From NCBI GenBank assembly GCA_030390025.1, contig CM059432.1:124064001-124128000 (forward strand): a DNA stretch of 64,000 nucleotides, read 5' to 3'. The notes under the pieces were generated by a model, which was not told the origin of the DNA, did no database searches, and was given only the letters and a program-made list of their open reading frames with translations. This DNA is from Squalus acanthias. Taxonomy: Eukaryota. Positions 49,156-61,149 of the stretch are shown here, piece after piece; within the stretch, counting starts at the first letter, position 1; every line of letters begins with the position of its first letter. A program made the translations under genes and the position numbers.

Positions 49156-49310
49156 GAACATAAGAACATAAGAATTAGGAGCAGGAGTAGGCCATTCAGC
49201 CCCTCGAGCCTGCTCCGCCATTCAATAAGATCATGGCTGATCTGATCTTGGCCTCAACTCCACTTTCCCGCCTGTTCCCCATAACCCTTGACTCCCCTGT
49301 AGTTCAAAAT
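49156..49310 (-). mobile_element. Short CR1 3' end
   Basis: (ACATAAGA)n tail and GGAGCAGGAGTAGGCCATTCAGCCCCTCGAGCCTGCTCCGCC. Confidence 0.9.
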
Positions 49311-51465
49311 GTTGTTTCCTCCACTCAAAATAAAACAACTTTGAGTAAGACCTCCACACAGCCCAGCTCTCACTAAATACCTCCAAGAAGACTGTGAACT
49401 TTATCAAGACTGGGAAAATGTGCAATTGAAATACGTGACTTCAAAGAATCTGTTTAAAAACAAAGCATTTGAAGCACTGTATTTATACAACATATTTAAA
49501 AGCAAAAATTGAAACAATGAACCAATGGACGAGGATGAAGAGCAGAGGCAAGAATATATAACTTTCCTACTGAAACCCAACCAAACTGGCTCAAAGTCAA
49601 GCTACTGTGTATTGGGGAAGGTATTCAGCCATATTGTTTTTATTGTGTAATCATAAGTGACCTTTGAGACTTTTAGTCATTGAAAATGGCAGCAAAATCA
49701 ATCTGTTAATGGGACATGTGCTCCCATTAATCAAGTCTTGAGATTCTAAAATTAAGGTTTAATAACTGCTGAAAAACTACCAAGAATAAAATTTAGTGTC
49801 CAGATTAGGAATCATCAGTGCTTTCAAAGTTATTTAAAGCTGTAAACTTTTGGAAAAGATATGGCATCGAAAAGATCTGGTTGTAATTTTTCTGACAGAC
49901 CAGCTGAGGTCTAGCACTGCGTGTGCCCCAATTAAATCAAACACAGAGGGATTGTGTTGGAGCAAAGACAGAAATATCAAGAAAGATGTTGTTGCAGGGA
50001 CATGTGACTGGCAGTCATACCCACTGGGATAAGTAGTCAGTGCCAGTGGCGGATAACGATTACACTGCCAGAGTTAGAATGGTAATTTTACTTCTGTGAG
50101 GGACACGGGCTTGACAATCTCAATAATTGTTCAGCTATTAACTCGTTATTTTACATGTGCTGGGCAACACAACTGTGAAGCAGGCTGAAAAAGCATGACC
50201 CTCATGCTTACAGGAGACTTGCTAAGCTTGGAACTGCATGTGATCTTGGCACATTCAATGGTAGTAATTGTTATCTGTCGCAGTGTTGTCTCCTACCAAT
50301 TGAATTAAATAGGAATATTGAAATAAACAGTCAACAAAAGGTGGCTGGGTTTTGTTTTTAAATCAGACTTAATAAAAACAATATTTAGTAGCAACAAAAT
50401 AAAAGAGATGGGCATCTTGCAAAAGAAGAAAGTAGCTGATGGAAACAGTTTTTTAAATTTAGGAATTATGGTTCAAGATTCATCATGCACGACACCACCA
50501 AGGTTGCAAAGAGTAAAAAAAAAAATAGGTAAATCAAGAAGCAGTGACTAGATGATACCAAGCTTGGCCATTAATATTCTATGGATTGTAGGAAGAAGTG
50601 AAGACTGGGGAGGGAAGGAGTTCAATAATTTGGAGTTTTTGGGAAAGACTGAGTTACAGTAAAAGACTGCAATGAGTTTTGATTCAATGGGATGAGGAGG
50701 TAGAGGGGGAAGTACATGTAAGACTGACTTTTGTAGCTTAGAAAAACAAGAAAAAAAATTCAGAAGAGCAATGGCCATAGTAATATTAATAAAACAGAGA
50801 GACAATATAATTGTGACTTGGCACTCCAATATTTCTATGTGGTCTAATAACTGTGTGATATCAATCTATAAAGAGAAGAAACTGTCTGCGACTCCTTCAA
50901 AACAGTTATGGTTAATAATTCTTCCATGTGCTTACATTTATCCCATGGGGAAAAGTCATGCACACTCTGTGACTTTGCCCATGCGTTTAAATGTAACCCA
51001 CAGAGGAATTTCTAGCTATTAATAGATAACGTAAGGTAAGTGGAAACCATTCACTTTAGAAATTGATGTTAATCTGTGGATGAAATGATAATGAGATGGA
51101 AACTAGGGCTAATCTTTAGATTATACTAATTGTACAGGTGCAATAATTATGCTAATGAAGATTTATATCCTTGCGGCATTAGAACCCTTGGAGGTAATTT
51201 TTGTCGTCACCGCCCGACCGTTACAGAACTCAGGCCAATTTTGTTTTCCATTGTGGAAATGTGAAATCGGGTTGGTTCTGTAAAGGGCGGATGATCCGCA
51301 CCACTAGTATAGTGCCCAAGTGGTAAAAGTGAAAAAAAATGTGCTTAGTGGTGTTATAAAGAGCAGGCGATCGACACTGGCAGGTTACCGCCCACGTGAT
51401 GAAAGCGAAAATCCCCTTATTTGTTAAGTAGCATGATGCAGAATTATATGGTGGAACACACAGGG

Positions 51466-51850
51466 AGTCAAGTGCAAGTATAACCATCATCTCAAGCAGA
51501 GTTACAGGCTGGGGAAATAACTGGACCAAGGTGGGGAAGAGGGGAGGGTCCGGGAGAGCAGGGGTGATGAGGGAGGAAGCGAGGGGGAGGGGTGAGGGGA
51601 TTCAGGGTGGGGAGAGAAGGAAGAAGGGAATGGGAAGAAGGAAGGGAGAAGCAGCAAAAAGGGGAAAAAGGAGTAGGGAGGGGCCAAAGGAGGAGGGAGG
51701 GAAAGAAAAGTAAATGGGTGTGGAGGGAAGGGGTAATGAGGGGAGGGGTAACGAGGGGAGGGGTAATGAGGGGAGGGGTAATGAGGGGAGGGGAGAAAGG
51801 ACCCAGGTGAGGGGTCCACACTTTCTTAGGGGTGGGAGACCTGAAGGTTG
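51466..51850 (+). repeat. Second copy of head + purine-rich repeat, including (GGGGTAATGAGGGGA)x4
   Basis: Head homologous to 34865-34904; 15-bp tandem at ~51730-51790. Confidence 0.7.
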
Positions 51851-52339
51851 GTTTACAGTCTAGCAGCTGACTCTTTTCTCCATTTGAGGACAAATGTAGG
51901 TTTTCAGAGGGTCCATTCCAAAAGCCTAGAAGGAAGACATTTCTATATAACCATTTATTCTGCAGTGCCACCCACTGGAATTTTATTAGAGGTACATGCT
52001 TACACACATACTGACTTTAAGAATTAAAATATTGTGGCAGTGCTGTGTTTGGAACTAACGTTACGTGATTTTACCATTATAAATGCCAAAGAGAAGTGCC
52101 ATCTACAGACATAACAGGCAATGCTGCTCTATGTTGACTCTTTTAAAATGGGTTTTCCAATTGACAAAGCTTGACTTAGGAGTTTTCAGTGTATCTCCAG
52201 ATAGAATGTTGAGACCCACTCAGCATTTTTAATATATAATGAATGTCATGAATATTTAAATTAGGATTTAAATATTCATCCCATGGTACAGAATTACAGT
52301 AGTCTTATTGTCCTCATTATAATGAGAACTGTTAGTGCT

Positions 52340-52692
52340 GGGAATACAACACCAAATGTCAATGCCAAACATTCTCAGGTCAGGTACGGCACAGATACCT
52401 CCAAAGTAAATTTACCATTGCTCTACCCAACAACGTGCCTTACCATAATTCCAGAAGAGTACCTCCATTATTTTGATCTCACTCCACCTTTTTTTGAGGC
52501 CTTGTAGATTACTAATTTACTGTCAAGATAAGGTAGTTTTGTGTTGTGGGCCCATGCTCAATAGGAACTGAGGTGAGACTGCCCAAATTTGTTTCAGGGA
52601 AGAGTTTCATCTCAATAGTCTGGGGATGATTCAGATCCAGGTTCCAAAGATAAAAGGGCATTGTGCTGAACCGGTGCAACTTCCAGATCCCA
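52340..52692 (-). mobile_element. LF-SINE-like ancient SINE remnant
   Basis: Minus strand GTCTCACCTCAGTTCCTATTGAGCATGGGCCCACAACACAAAACTACC and AGGCACGTTG...GTGCCGTACCTG resemble my recollection of the LF-SINE consensus. Confidence 0.5.
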
Positions 52693-52744
52693 CAAAATAG
52701 GTTTCTAATAGGTTGTGGTGCCACAGACTGCTATGATCATCACA

Positions 52745-53465
52745 TAAGCAAAACATAAGAACATAAGAATTAGGAGCAGGAGTAGGCCATACAGGCCCCT
52801 CGAGCCTGCTCCGCCATTCAATAAGATCATGGATGATCTTTGACCTCAACTCCACTTTCCTGCCCTATCCCCATATCCCTTGATTCCTCTAGAGTCCAAC
52901 AATCTATCTATCTCGGCCTTGAATATACTCAATGACTGAGCATCCACAGCCCTCTGGAGTAGAGAATTCCAAAGATTCACAACCCTCTGAGTGAAGAAAT
53001 TCCTCCTCATCTCAGTCTTAAAAAGCTGACCCCTTATCCTGAGACTATGCCCCCTAGTTCTAGAATTTCCAGCCAGGGGAAACAATCTCTCAGCATCTAT
53101 CCTGAGGATCAAACCTTCCTCGCAAACAGTGGACAACCATCAACAGCCTCAGAACCGGCCATGGTAGATGCTGCCACCTTCTCCAAAGATGGAAGATTAA
53201 AGCATCCCCATCATGCGACTGTGGAGCTCCTAATCAGACCCTGGAGCACATCATTGAGCACTGCCCTCAGAGGAAATTCGCAGGCAGCCTACAAGATATC
53301 CACGCTGTTACACCAGAAGCTTTGGCCTGGAGATCCAACTTAGATATTGACATTTGATTTGCTTTGCTACTACAATAGGAAAGAAGAAGCATCTATCCTG
53401 TCAGTCCCCTTCAGAATCTTATATGTTTCAATGAGATCACCTCTCATTCTGCTAAACTCCAAACA
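52745..53465 (-). mobile_element. CR1 3' fragment interrupted by a Vingi insertion
   Basis: RTRGHSLRIRG...FFTQRVVNLWNSL; resumes at 53388. Confidence 0.9.
53105..53387 (+). mobile_element. Vingi/Ingi-type non-LTR retrotransposon 3' end
   Basis: Frame 53106-53357: WTTINSLRTGHGRCCHLLQRWKIKASPSCDCGAPNQTLEHIIEHCP...AW..LDIDI* (CCHC); (AAG)n tail; 13-bp TSD AGCATCTATCCTG (53092-53104 / 53388-53400). Confidence 0.85.
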
Positions 53466-53623
53466 GTGAATGCAGGGATCATAATGTTTAAGTGGTTATT
53501 ATTTGCACCTTGCTGTCATGCAAGGTGGAGTAACAAAATTGAAAAGAAAGGCAAATTGGCTGTAGTTAACTACTGGTCCAGTCAGTGTGAAGGTTGATAC
53601 ATTTTTGTTTTGATGCACATTAA

Positions 53624-54155
53624 GGGGGAAAAATTGGCTCATGCCCCCTTTGGGGCGCTAACTTCGCCGGGGCGCTAAAAGTTAGCAACCCGTGCCTGAA
53701 ATTGAATGGTAGCGCCCTAAGCAGGAGGCGGGGCACTACGGAAGCGCTCCCCCTGCCTCTTGAGGCACTCCCATTGAATATTGCGGTGCTACGTGCAGCA
53801 GCGCCGCGCGCATCGGCACGTAGCGCTGCGGTACTGCAGGCCTCCCTCCCTGATTAAAGGGGAGGGGCCTAGCGCAGCACGCACCGGGGCCCTGCTGGAC
53901 CACCGGGGAGCAGGGTGCCAGCAAAAGAGCCTGGCCGGCACCCCGCAGGATGAGGCAAGAGGGGGCAGGTGCTGGCAGGCAGCCCAAAAAAAAATGGCCG
54001 CCCAGCACCTGCCCTTTAATTTGCGCCGTCCCGGCCTCAAAAACGCCCCCTGACCCTGTCGGACGTAGCGTCTAGCGGTAGGTCAGAGGGCGCGAGCGAA
54101 GTTTGCGGCCGGGGCGCGAGGGGGGCGCTGCGCATGATGATGTCGTAACGGGAGG
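53624..54155 (-). mobile_element. MITE 'family A', inverted and truncated
   Basis: TAA|GGGGGAAAAATTGG; reverse complement of ~46640-47229. Confidence 0.85.
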
Positions 54156-54835
54156 TACCTCTGCACCATCTTCAAGGTAGAATTATCATCATATTCAGGG
54201 TTAGACTGTGCGTTGGTAGCAAAATGCAAAAATATGGCAGCACTAAACAGCATTTTCCTGTCCTTGCTACGTTAAATAAAGTTGTGGTACTCAAGGTGAA
54301 TAAAATCTCACTCTACTGGAGGAGTGTTCTATATAATGGATGTAAATTGTTTAGAACTTGGAACATCTCTTTAAATGAGGTAGTGCAAGAACTGGAATGA
54401 CAGGTTGCTGACAATGTTATTGTGCAGTGGATAACTATCCTTTGCATCACAACCTACAGTATCAGAGTTGTCAGTGCATTACTAGGCAGGAGAACAGTCA
54501 GGACTTGATTACCCATTAAAATGAGGGGAGTTGTAGCCTAGGGATTGATTGATTGCTATGAGCAAATTAGTAAGGAACAACTTGAGGAAAATAAGATTAC
54601 TGTGGGAATAAGTCTGTTTCAGTCATGCGCTCTAGCCATGCCTTCACATTTACTAATCATCTTCGTGACTGAGATTACTGTAATATCGTGCTAGTTTTAA
54701 GTAAGGTCTAATCCGATCCTGTCTGTTTATTTGGTTTCATGCCCCTGAAATAACTTAAAATAACTTGTATATAAAGTAAAAAAGAATTATTCAGCCTATG
54801 AGATTTTACTCAGTTACAGATGAATATTAGAGAAC

Positions 54836-55423
54836 TAACTGAAACCCTCATCCATGCCTTTATTACCTCGAGACTTGACTATTCCAACGCACTCCTGGCT
54901 GGCCTCCCACATTCTACCCTACGTAAACTTGAGGTCCTCATAAACTCGGCTGCCCGTGTCCTAACTCACACTTCACCCATCACCCCTGTGCTCGCTGACC
55001 TACATTGGCTCTCGGTTAAGCAATGCCTCAATTTCAAAATTCTCATCCTTGTTTTCAAATCCCTCCATGGCCTCGCTCCTCCCTATCTCTGTAATCTCCT
55101 CCAGCCCCACAACCCCCCGAGATATCTGTGCTCCTCTAATTCTGGCCTCTTGAGCATCCCTGATTATAATCGCTCAACCATTGGTGGCCGTGCCTTGGTT
55201 GCCTAGGCCCTAAGCTCTGGAATTCCCTGCCTAAATTTCTCCACCTCTTTCCTCCTTTAAGATGCTCCTTAAAACATACCTCTTTCATCAAGCTTTTGGT
55301 CACCTGCCCTAATTTCTCCTTATGTGGCTCAGTATCAAATTTTTTGTCTTATAATACTCCTGTGAAGCACCTTGGGATGTTTTACAACGTTAACGGTGCT
55401 ATATAAATACAAGTTGTTGTTGT
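54836..55423 (+). mobile_element. L2-clade LINE 3' fragment
   Basis: LIHAFITSRLDYSNALLAGLP...NSAARVL...ITPVLADLHWL...FKILILVFKSLHGLAPPYL; (TTG)n tail. Confidence 0.92.
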
Positions 55424-55585
55424 AACTGAATTTATTATAGTGATGTACTTTCATTGCTTTCAGATAGCCACGAGGTTTTTATCCAGATCATAAAAGAACT
55501 CTCAGAAACATTGAGGCATAAATACATGACAAAGATTGGAAGGGGCACAGTCCAGTCTTGACTGAGAGTAAACCCAATAACAAAT

Positions 55586-56231
55586 TAACTGGACCAGCCA
55601 CATAAATACTGTGGCAACAAGAGCAGGTCAGAGGCTAGGAATTCTGCGGCAAGTGTCTCCCCTCCTGACTCCCCAAAGCCTTTCCACCATCTACAAGTCA
55701 CAAGTAAGGAGTGTGATGGAATACTCTCCACTTGCCTGGGTGAGTGCAACTCCAACAACACTCAAGAAGCTCGATACCATCCAGGACAAAGCAGCCCGCT
55801 TGATTGGCAACCCATCCACCACCTTAAACATTCACTCCCTCCACCACCGGCGCACCGTGGCTGCAGTGTGTACCATCTACAAGATGTACTGCAGCAACTC
55901 GCCAAGGCTTCTTCAGCAACACCTCCCAAACCCGCGACCTCTTCCACCTAGAAGGACAAGGGCAGCAGGCACATGGGAACACCACCACCTCCAAGTTCCC
56001 CTCCAAGTCACACACCATCCTGACTTAGAAGTAGATCGCCGATCCTTCATCGTCGCTGGGTCAAAATCCTGGAACTCCCTCCCTAACAGCACTGTGGGAG
56101 TACCTTCACCACACGGACTGCAGCGGTTCAAGAAGGCGGCTCACCACCACCTTCTCAAGGGCAATTAGGGATGGGCACTAAATGCTGGCCTTGCCAGCGA
56201 CACCCACATCCCATAAACGAATTTAAAAAAA
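55586..56231 (+). mobile_element. CR1/L2-group LINE 3' fragment (distinct family)
   Basis: RAGQRLGILR...IYKSQVRSVMEYSPLAW...LDTIQDKAARLI...SLHHRR...SWNSLP. Confidence 0.88.
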
Positions 56232-56314
56232 TAGATGGAAAGAATACTGCAAGAATCTGTACATGTATACTAATTCCCCCATCCTTCATCCCAGGAAAAT
56301 CTGTTAGTTTGCAC

Positions 56315-56700
56315 AGTAGAGATGGATCCTCCACCTACCAAAGTCGAAATTGAAGCTGAAATCAAGCACATAAAACCCCAGGTGTCTGATACCCCAAGTG
56401 AACTGATAAAAAGAGGAGGAAATGAAACAATTAGAGAGTTGACCAAGATCTGTAAAAGCATAAGGGGAATGGGAACGGCCAGATCAATGCAGACGGTTAC
56501 TGTTTGTGCTAATAGCCAGAAAGGAAGATAAAGGAGCAGGCACAAAGTACAGAACCAGAACATTCATCCCAGATGGCAGAAAGATGCTGCTAGAAGATAT
56601 CAGAAACAGAATGGTGTACAAAATAGAAAAATACATTTCCAGCAAACGACCCAGCTTTAGAGCAGGACTCAGAACTCATCACCTGAGACTGACAGGAGCT
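56315..56700 (+). mobile_element. Old RTE-like RT-proximal fragment
   Basis: PPPTKVEIEAEIKHIK...PSELIKRGG..IRELTKIC; PSFRAG. Confidence 0.5.
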
Positions 56701-56859
56701 TGACCCTTGAGAATGATGCCCAAGTCAGTGAAAACTCTAATAGATAGGACATAGAGCAAGAAAAGAAAGGAGAGCATTAAGGCAAAACAATCATCTTAAA
56801 GAAAAGGCCAATTGAAAAAATGATTAGAAAATTGCTTGAGAGGCCAGAAGGATTAGAGT

Positions 56860-58450
56860 TAATGGGTGTTGCTTGGGTTGGGGAAGGGTTGGAAGTGGTG
56901 TACCACATGGGTCAGTGCCGAGTCCAAATTTGTTTATAGTAGATATGGATTATTTGGACTTGGACATCGGGAGCACGATATCAAAATTTGCTGATGAAAC
57001 AAAAGTAACAGATTTGGCAAATAGTGAGGAGAACTGTGAAAGACTTCAGGAGGAGATGGATAGTTTAGTGTAATGGGCAGACAGGTGGTAGATGCAATTT
57101 AATGTGCAGAAGTGTAAAGTAATACATTTTGAAAGGAATATCAATGAATAGTGGGGGAATTTTAACCTAAAAAAACGGGTAGGTTGGGGGCCTGGGGGTA
57201 GTTAAAGTGTTAAAAATCGGAACCTCCAACCCGCCCACTTCTGGTTTTAATGGAGACGGGACGGGAGACGGAACGGGGGGCGGACAACCAACCCGCTGCC
57301 AGGAAGCGGGCCATCTATTTAAATATTACAATGAGGCGGATGTCTCTTCTTTAACCTCCATTTTGTCTTTAACTGTAGCTGGTTGGGTTTTGCACACCTT
57401 AGCTACAGCAAGGCGAGGACTGCTGGATCCAGGAGGTAAGTGCCTTTACACCACCTACTGGATCTAGGGGCCCTGCCTAACCCACCTCCCACAATCGGAG
57501 ACCCCCCCCCGCCGCAACGAGGCCTCCGATTACTGCCCAGGCCTCGATTTCCGCTCCCAGGCCTCCAATCCCACCATGAGGCCTTCCCCCACCCAGGCCT
57601 CTGATCCACACCACGAGGCCTCCCCCACCACCCAACCCCCCGTGCTGTCTCCCCCTGCTCCTCCGGCTGCACACCGGCCCCCACTCGATCCCTCCCTCCC
57701 TCCTCTCTGTGGCCTGGTGTGGCAGGCCTACCCACCCGGAGCCAGCCAGCCTCTCAATCTGGCTGGCTATGGGTGGGAAACAGAGGCTTCCCATTCAAAT
57801 CAGGCCCTGCCGTTAAAGTCTTCGAGCCCCCCCTTACCTCCCCACCCCGCCCCAACCCGCCTTCCTCATTAAAATTCAGCCCTAGGAGTATAAATGGAAA
57901 GATAGTGAAGAGTGTGGGGAACAGTGATCTCGGGATGCAAATGCATAATGTCTTCAAAGTGCGCTAAAAAAAAAACAAAGCATTCCAGTCTTGAAGGTAA
58001 TGATAATTTGTACAAGGTGATGATAAGGCCATAGTTAGAGTACTGTGTCCAGTTCTGGGCTAACCATTATAGAAAGGAAATTTTAGCTATTGAGAGCCTG
58101 CAGCATAGATTCACCAGGATGATCCCAGGAATGACAAACTATTATTAAGAGGAGAGAATGGAGCAGAGAAGGCTAAGAGAATTAATACAGGTTTTTAAAA
58201 TTATGATAGAACGAGTAGGGAGAGACATTTTTTCCTGGTTGGGAAGTCAATGTCAAGAAATCATCAATTTAAAAATTGTTACTAAGAGAACTTAGAAGAA
58301 ATTAGAGCATGGAATGTTTTCCCACAGGGAGTAGCTGAAGCAGAGGTTGTTGTAGCTTCTAAGGGAACAGTAGATAAATTGAAGATAAGGAAGATAAAGG
58401 CTACGGGGAGAAAGCAGGGCAGTGGAGTTAATTTTAGATTGCTCAAGGAA
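56860..58450 (+). mobile_element. Old CR1 (RT to 3' end) split by MITE
   Basis: SGVPHGSV...ISKFADETK; later LEYCVQFW-like sequence. Confidence 0.8.
57152..57882. mobile_element. Harbinger-type MITE inside CR1
   Basis: TAG|TGGGGGAATTTTAA ... TTAAAATTCAGCCC|TAG; CR1 colinear on both sides. Confidence 0.78.
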
Positions 58451-58741
58451 GGAACTGGCAGAGACTGCTATAAGTGTCTTTAGTTGCACAATATAAGGAA
58501 CTGGACAGGGATGCCAATCAAACTGGCAGTAGCAACAGCACATGACAGGCAATATTTGTGCAGGATTATGCATCTAGTCACCCAAGATCAGGCATGAGGA
58601 TGACACTGAAAGAAGAATTATAAACATAACAGAACATCTAAGAAAGATCTATCACCCACTAGGAATGATTATGGTGAACTGCTAACACAAAAAGACAGAT
58701 GTGAGTCCTTCTTTTAAATGCAGTTATTTAAGAAAAATAAT

Positions 58742-59494
58742 GGCCTGGAATTTGCGGTCCTGATGATGGCGAACTGGCAGCATTCGCCGTCATTTCGCCT
58801 TTGAAACTGACCACAACTTCAGGATGTAGCGCATGCACAGCCTAACGTGGAAATCCTGAAGTTGGTGTCAGTCATTCACTGCTCCTCCACAGACTGCGCT
58901 GTGGACCCCCACCCCCGGCCCCCCACCCGAGAGCCAATATAATCTGTCGAATCAAGGAAGCTGATGAATACTTCGGCTCTTGCCTGGTTAACTACCCCAT
59001 TAATAGTTAGACTCTTTTGGATTAGGTGTAACTGGGGGTTTGACTGCTAAATAAAGGTTATGGCCCTGAAAAACTAATTTTAATTTTGTGGAGTGTCAAA
59101 TTTATCCATTTTAATAAAAAATAATTTTTTTTAAGAAACTTTAAAAAAGACTTTTTTTTAAAGTTTGTTCATCTTTATTTCAGGTTTGCCTTTCCCCCAT
59201 GTGAGAGCCTCAATCTTTGTTTTGCTCACTCTAACACTTTTAAAAATTTTGAATCAAAGAACCACTTCCTGGTTCGCTGTCAGTAAGAATTCTGCATTGT
59301 GATTGGCTGCTTCGACAGCTTGCTGACGTCACAGCAGCTCGCGTTAGGGATTCCCCATTAACTTGCGCTGAGTTCAATTACGCATCGGAAAAGCCAAACC
59401 TTTCACCACAGAGATCGCAAGATCTTTGTGAGAAACGTATTTCGGTGCCAGTGGCGAATGCCTTTGCTTCACCGCTGACCGCAAATTACGAGCC
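58742..59494. mobile_element. Harbinger-type MITE (homolog of 24205-24970)
   Basis: GGCCTGGAATTTGCGGTC ... GACCGCAAATTACGAGCC. Confidence 0.78.
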
Positions 59495-60038
59495 ATTGTC
59501 ATATGGAGAACACAAAAGAACTGGCATGCACATAGTGCTTTGCAACAATCTCTCATCTATGACGTAAACACAAACTATAACCCTCATCTGTGGCAAATCC
59601 ACTTCACTTTTTACTTTTATTTTTGACCTTTAGGAATCCTCTAAATTTCTTATTTTTCGTTGATTCTACTGATACGCATACTTCAGAGATTGAATATTCT
59701 AGCCTAGAATGTCCTACATTGCTGGCCTAGAATGTACTGCACTGCCAGCCAGCATGTATGGTACTCCAGAGAGAGTATTTACAGTGTTCCTGTGCTGGAT
59801 GTACTGTATAGCACAGATTCACAGATCCCACTCTCCCACTGGGTAACGGCACTCAAAGGGACTGTTGCTCGAAGATAGGGTTACATCATTGATTCCCTGC
59901 CCCACGCTCCTTTCAAGTGTGGGTGCCTGCTGGGAGCACAGGATTAGTCAACGCATCCTTATGCCTTTTTTTCTAGAAATCTAAACACACGATATGAGTG
60001 CAATCCTGTCATTTATTTGAATTTCTTGTACATTCACT

Positions 60039-60640
60039 GGGGCCGAATCTGAGTCCAGCTGGTGTAAGTGGGGCAGTAGCGGCCTGAAAATGGCGTAGTG
60101 TCATTCACCGCCCCCAATGCTGATACTCCAACCGCCAACGTCTTGGGTAGGGGCCTGAGAGTGCCTGCCGGTTTCAGGCAGGAGGCCACTTTGCAATATG
60201 CAAATTGGGGTTCTGCCGCATAAGCAGGACCCCAACTTACAACTGTGGGCGGAGCGTGCGCTGCCAACAATTCACCCATTTGTACTGACGTTGAGCGATC
60301 CAACCAGCAGATCTTAAGGGGACCACTGGAGGCCAGTCAAAAAAAACAGAGCAAAGACATTTTTAACTTTTATTTCTGTGAGGAGCTGGAATGATGTCGG
60401 CCCTGTGCTCAGCACCGCTCCCCCCACCCCGGATCACCTCCCCGCCTCTAGGCGCTATCTCTGATTTCTGGCCCACCCGGACCGGCGAGCTGCCTCAGAG
60501 CACCGATTTGGTGTGCGTAGCCTGTAGATGAGGCTCAGGCCTCAAAATTGCTTGGGGATCTCAGCAGCAACAACAGGTAAGCTACATGCGCGCACTGCCC
60601 CCGTGATGTGCCTAAACTTAAAAAGGGCCTCCCGGGTACT
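60039..60640. mobile_element. Decayed GC-rich MITE-like block
   Basis: Starts GGGGCCGAAT; TTTGCA/TATGCAAAT internal motif as in 47936 element; right end unclear. Confidence 0.4.
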
Positions 60641-61149
60641 TTACTGCAATCTTGTGATCATTCTGGCCGTACTCTGTAAAATAATAATCTTCTTGGCACA
60701 AATTAAAATTGCACCTTCGAGTTCTTGATAAATGAAACACTCGATGCCCAATGTCATGCATTTATTTTAGTTATCCATGTAATGTATATTATATATACAG
60801 CATTTTATGTATCCATGTAATTTAACACTTACTTTCAATCGCTATCATTTAATGCAAATATTGTAACTGTTATTTTATACAGCACTCTGACTTCAAAACA
60901 TAATATTAATATTTTACAAATTTATTTCTGTTGCTCATTGTCATTTTTCTCGAGGAGTTAGCAATTGCAGTGAAAATGCATTTTCCAAAGTAATTACTGC
61001 AGCTATTTAGAAGCCACTGCATTTGTCATTGTGGCAGGGTTTCCAGCTCCTCACTAGCTTCTAGAAATCTGTTCCAGTGCAGCTTGTTGGCACATTTTCT
61101 GTTGTAAAAGTGGTCCTGGGGAAGCAGTGCCCAAGCAGAGACTTCTTGG

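Noticed and set aside
51492..52007. Pro-rich or Gly/Arg-rich ORFs
   Set aside because: Translations of low-complexity purine tract.
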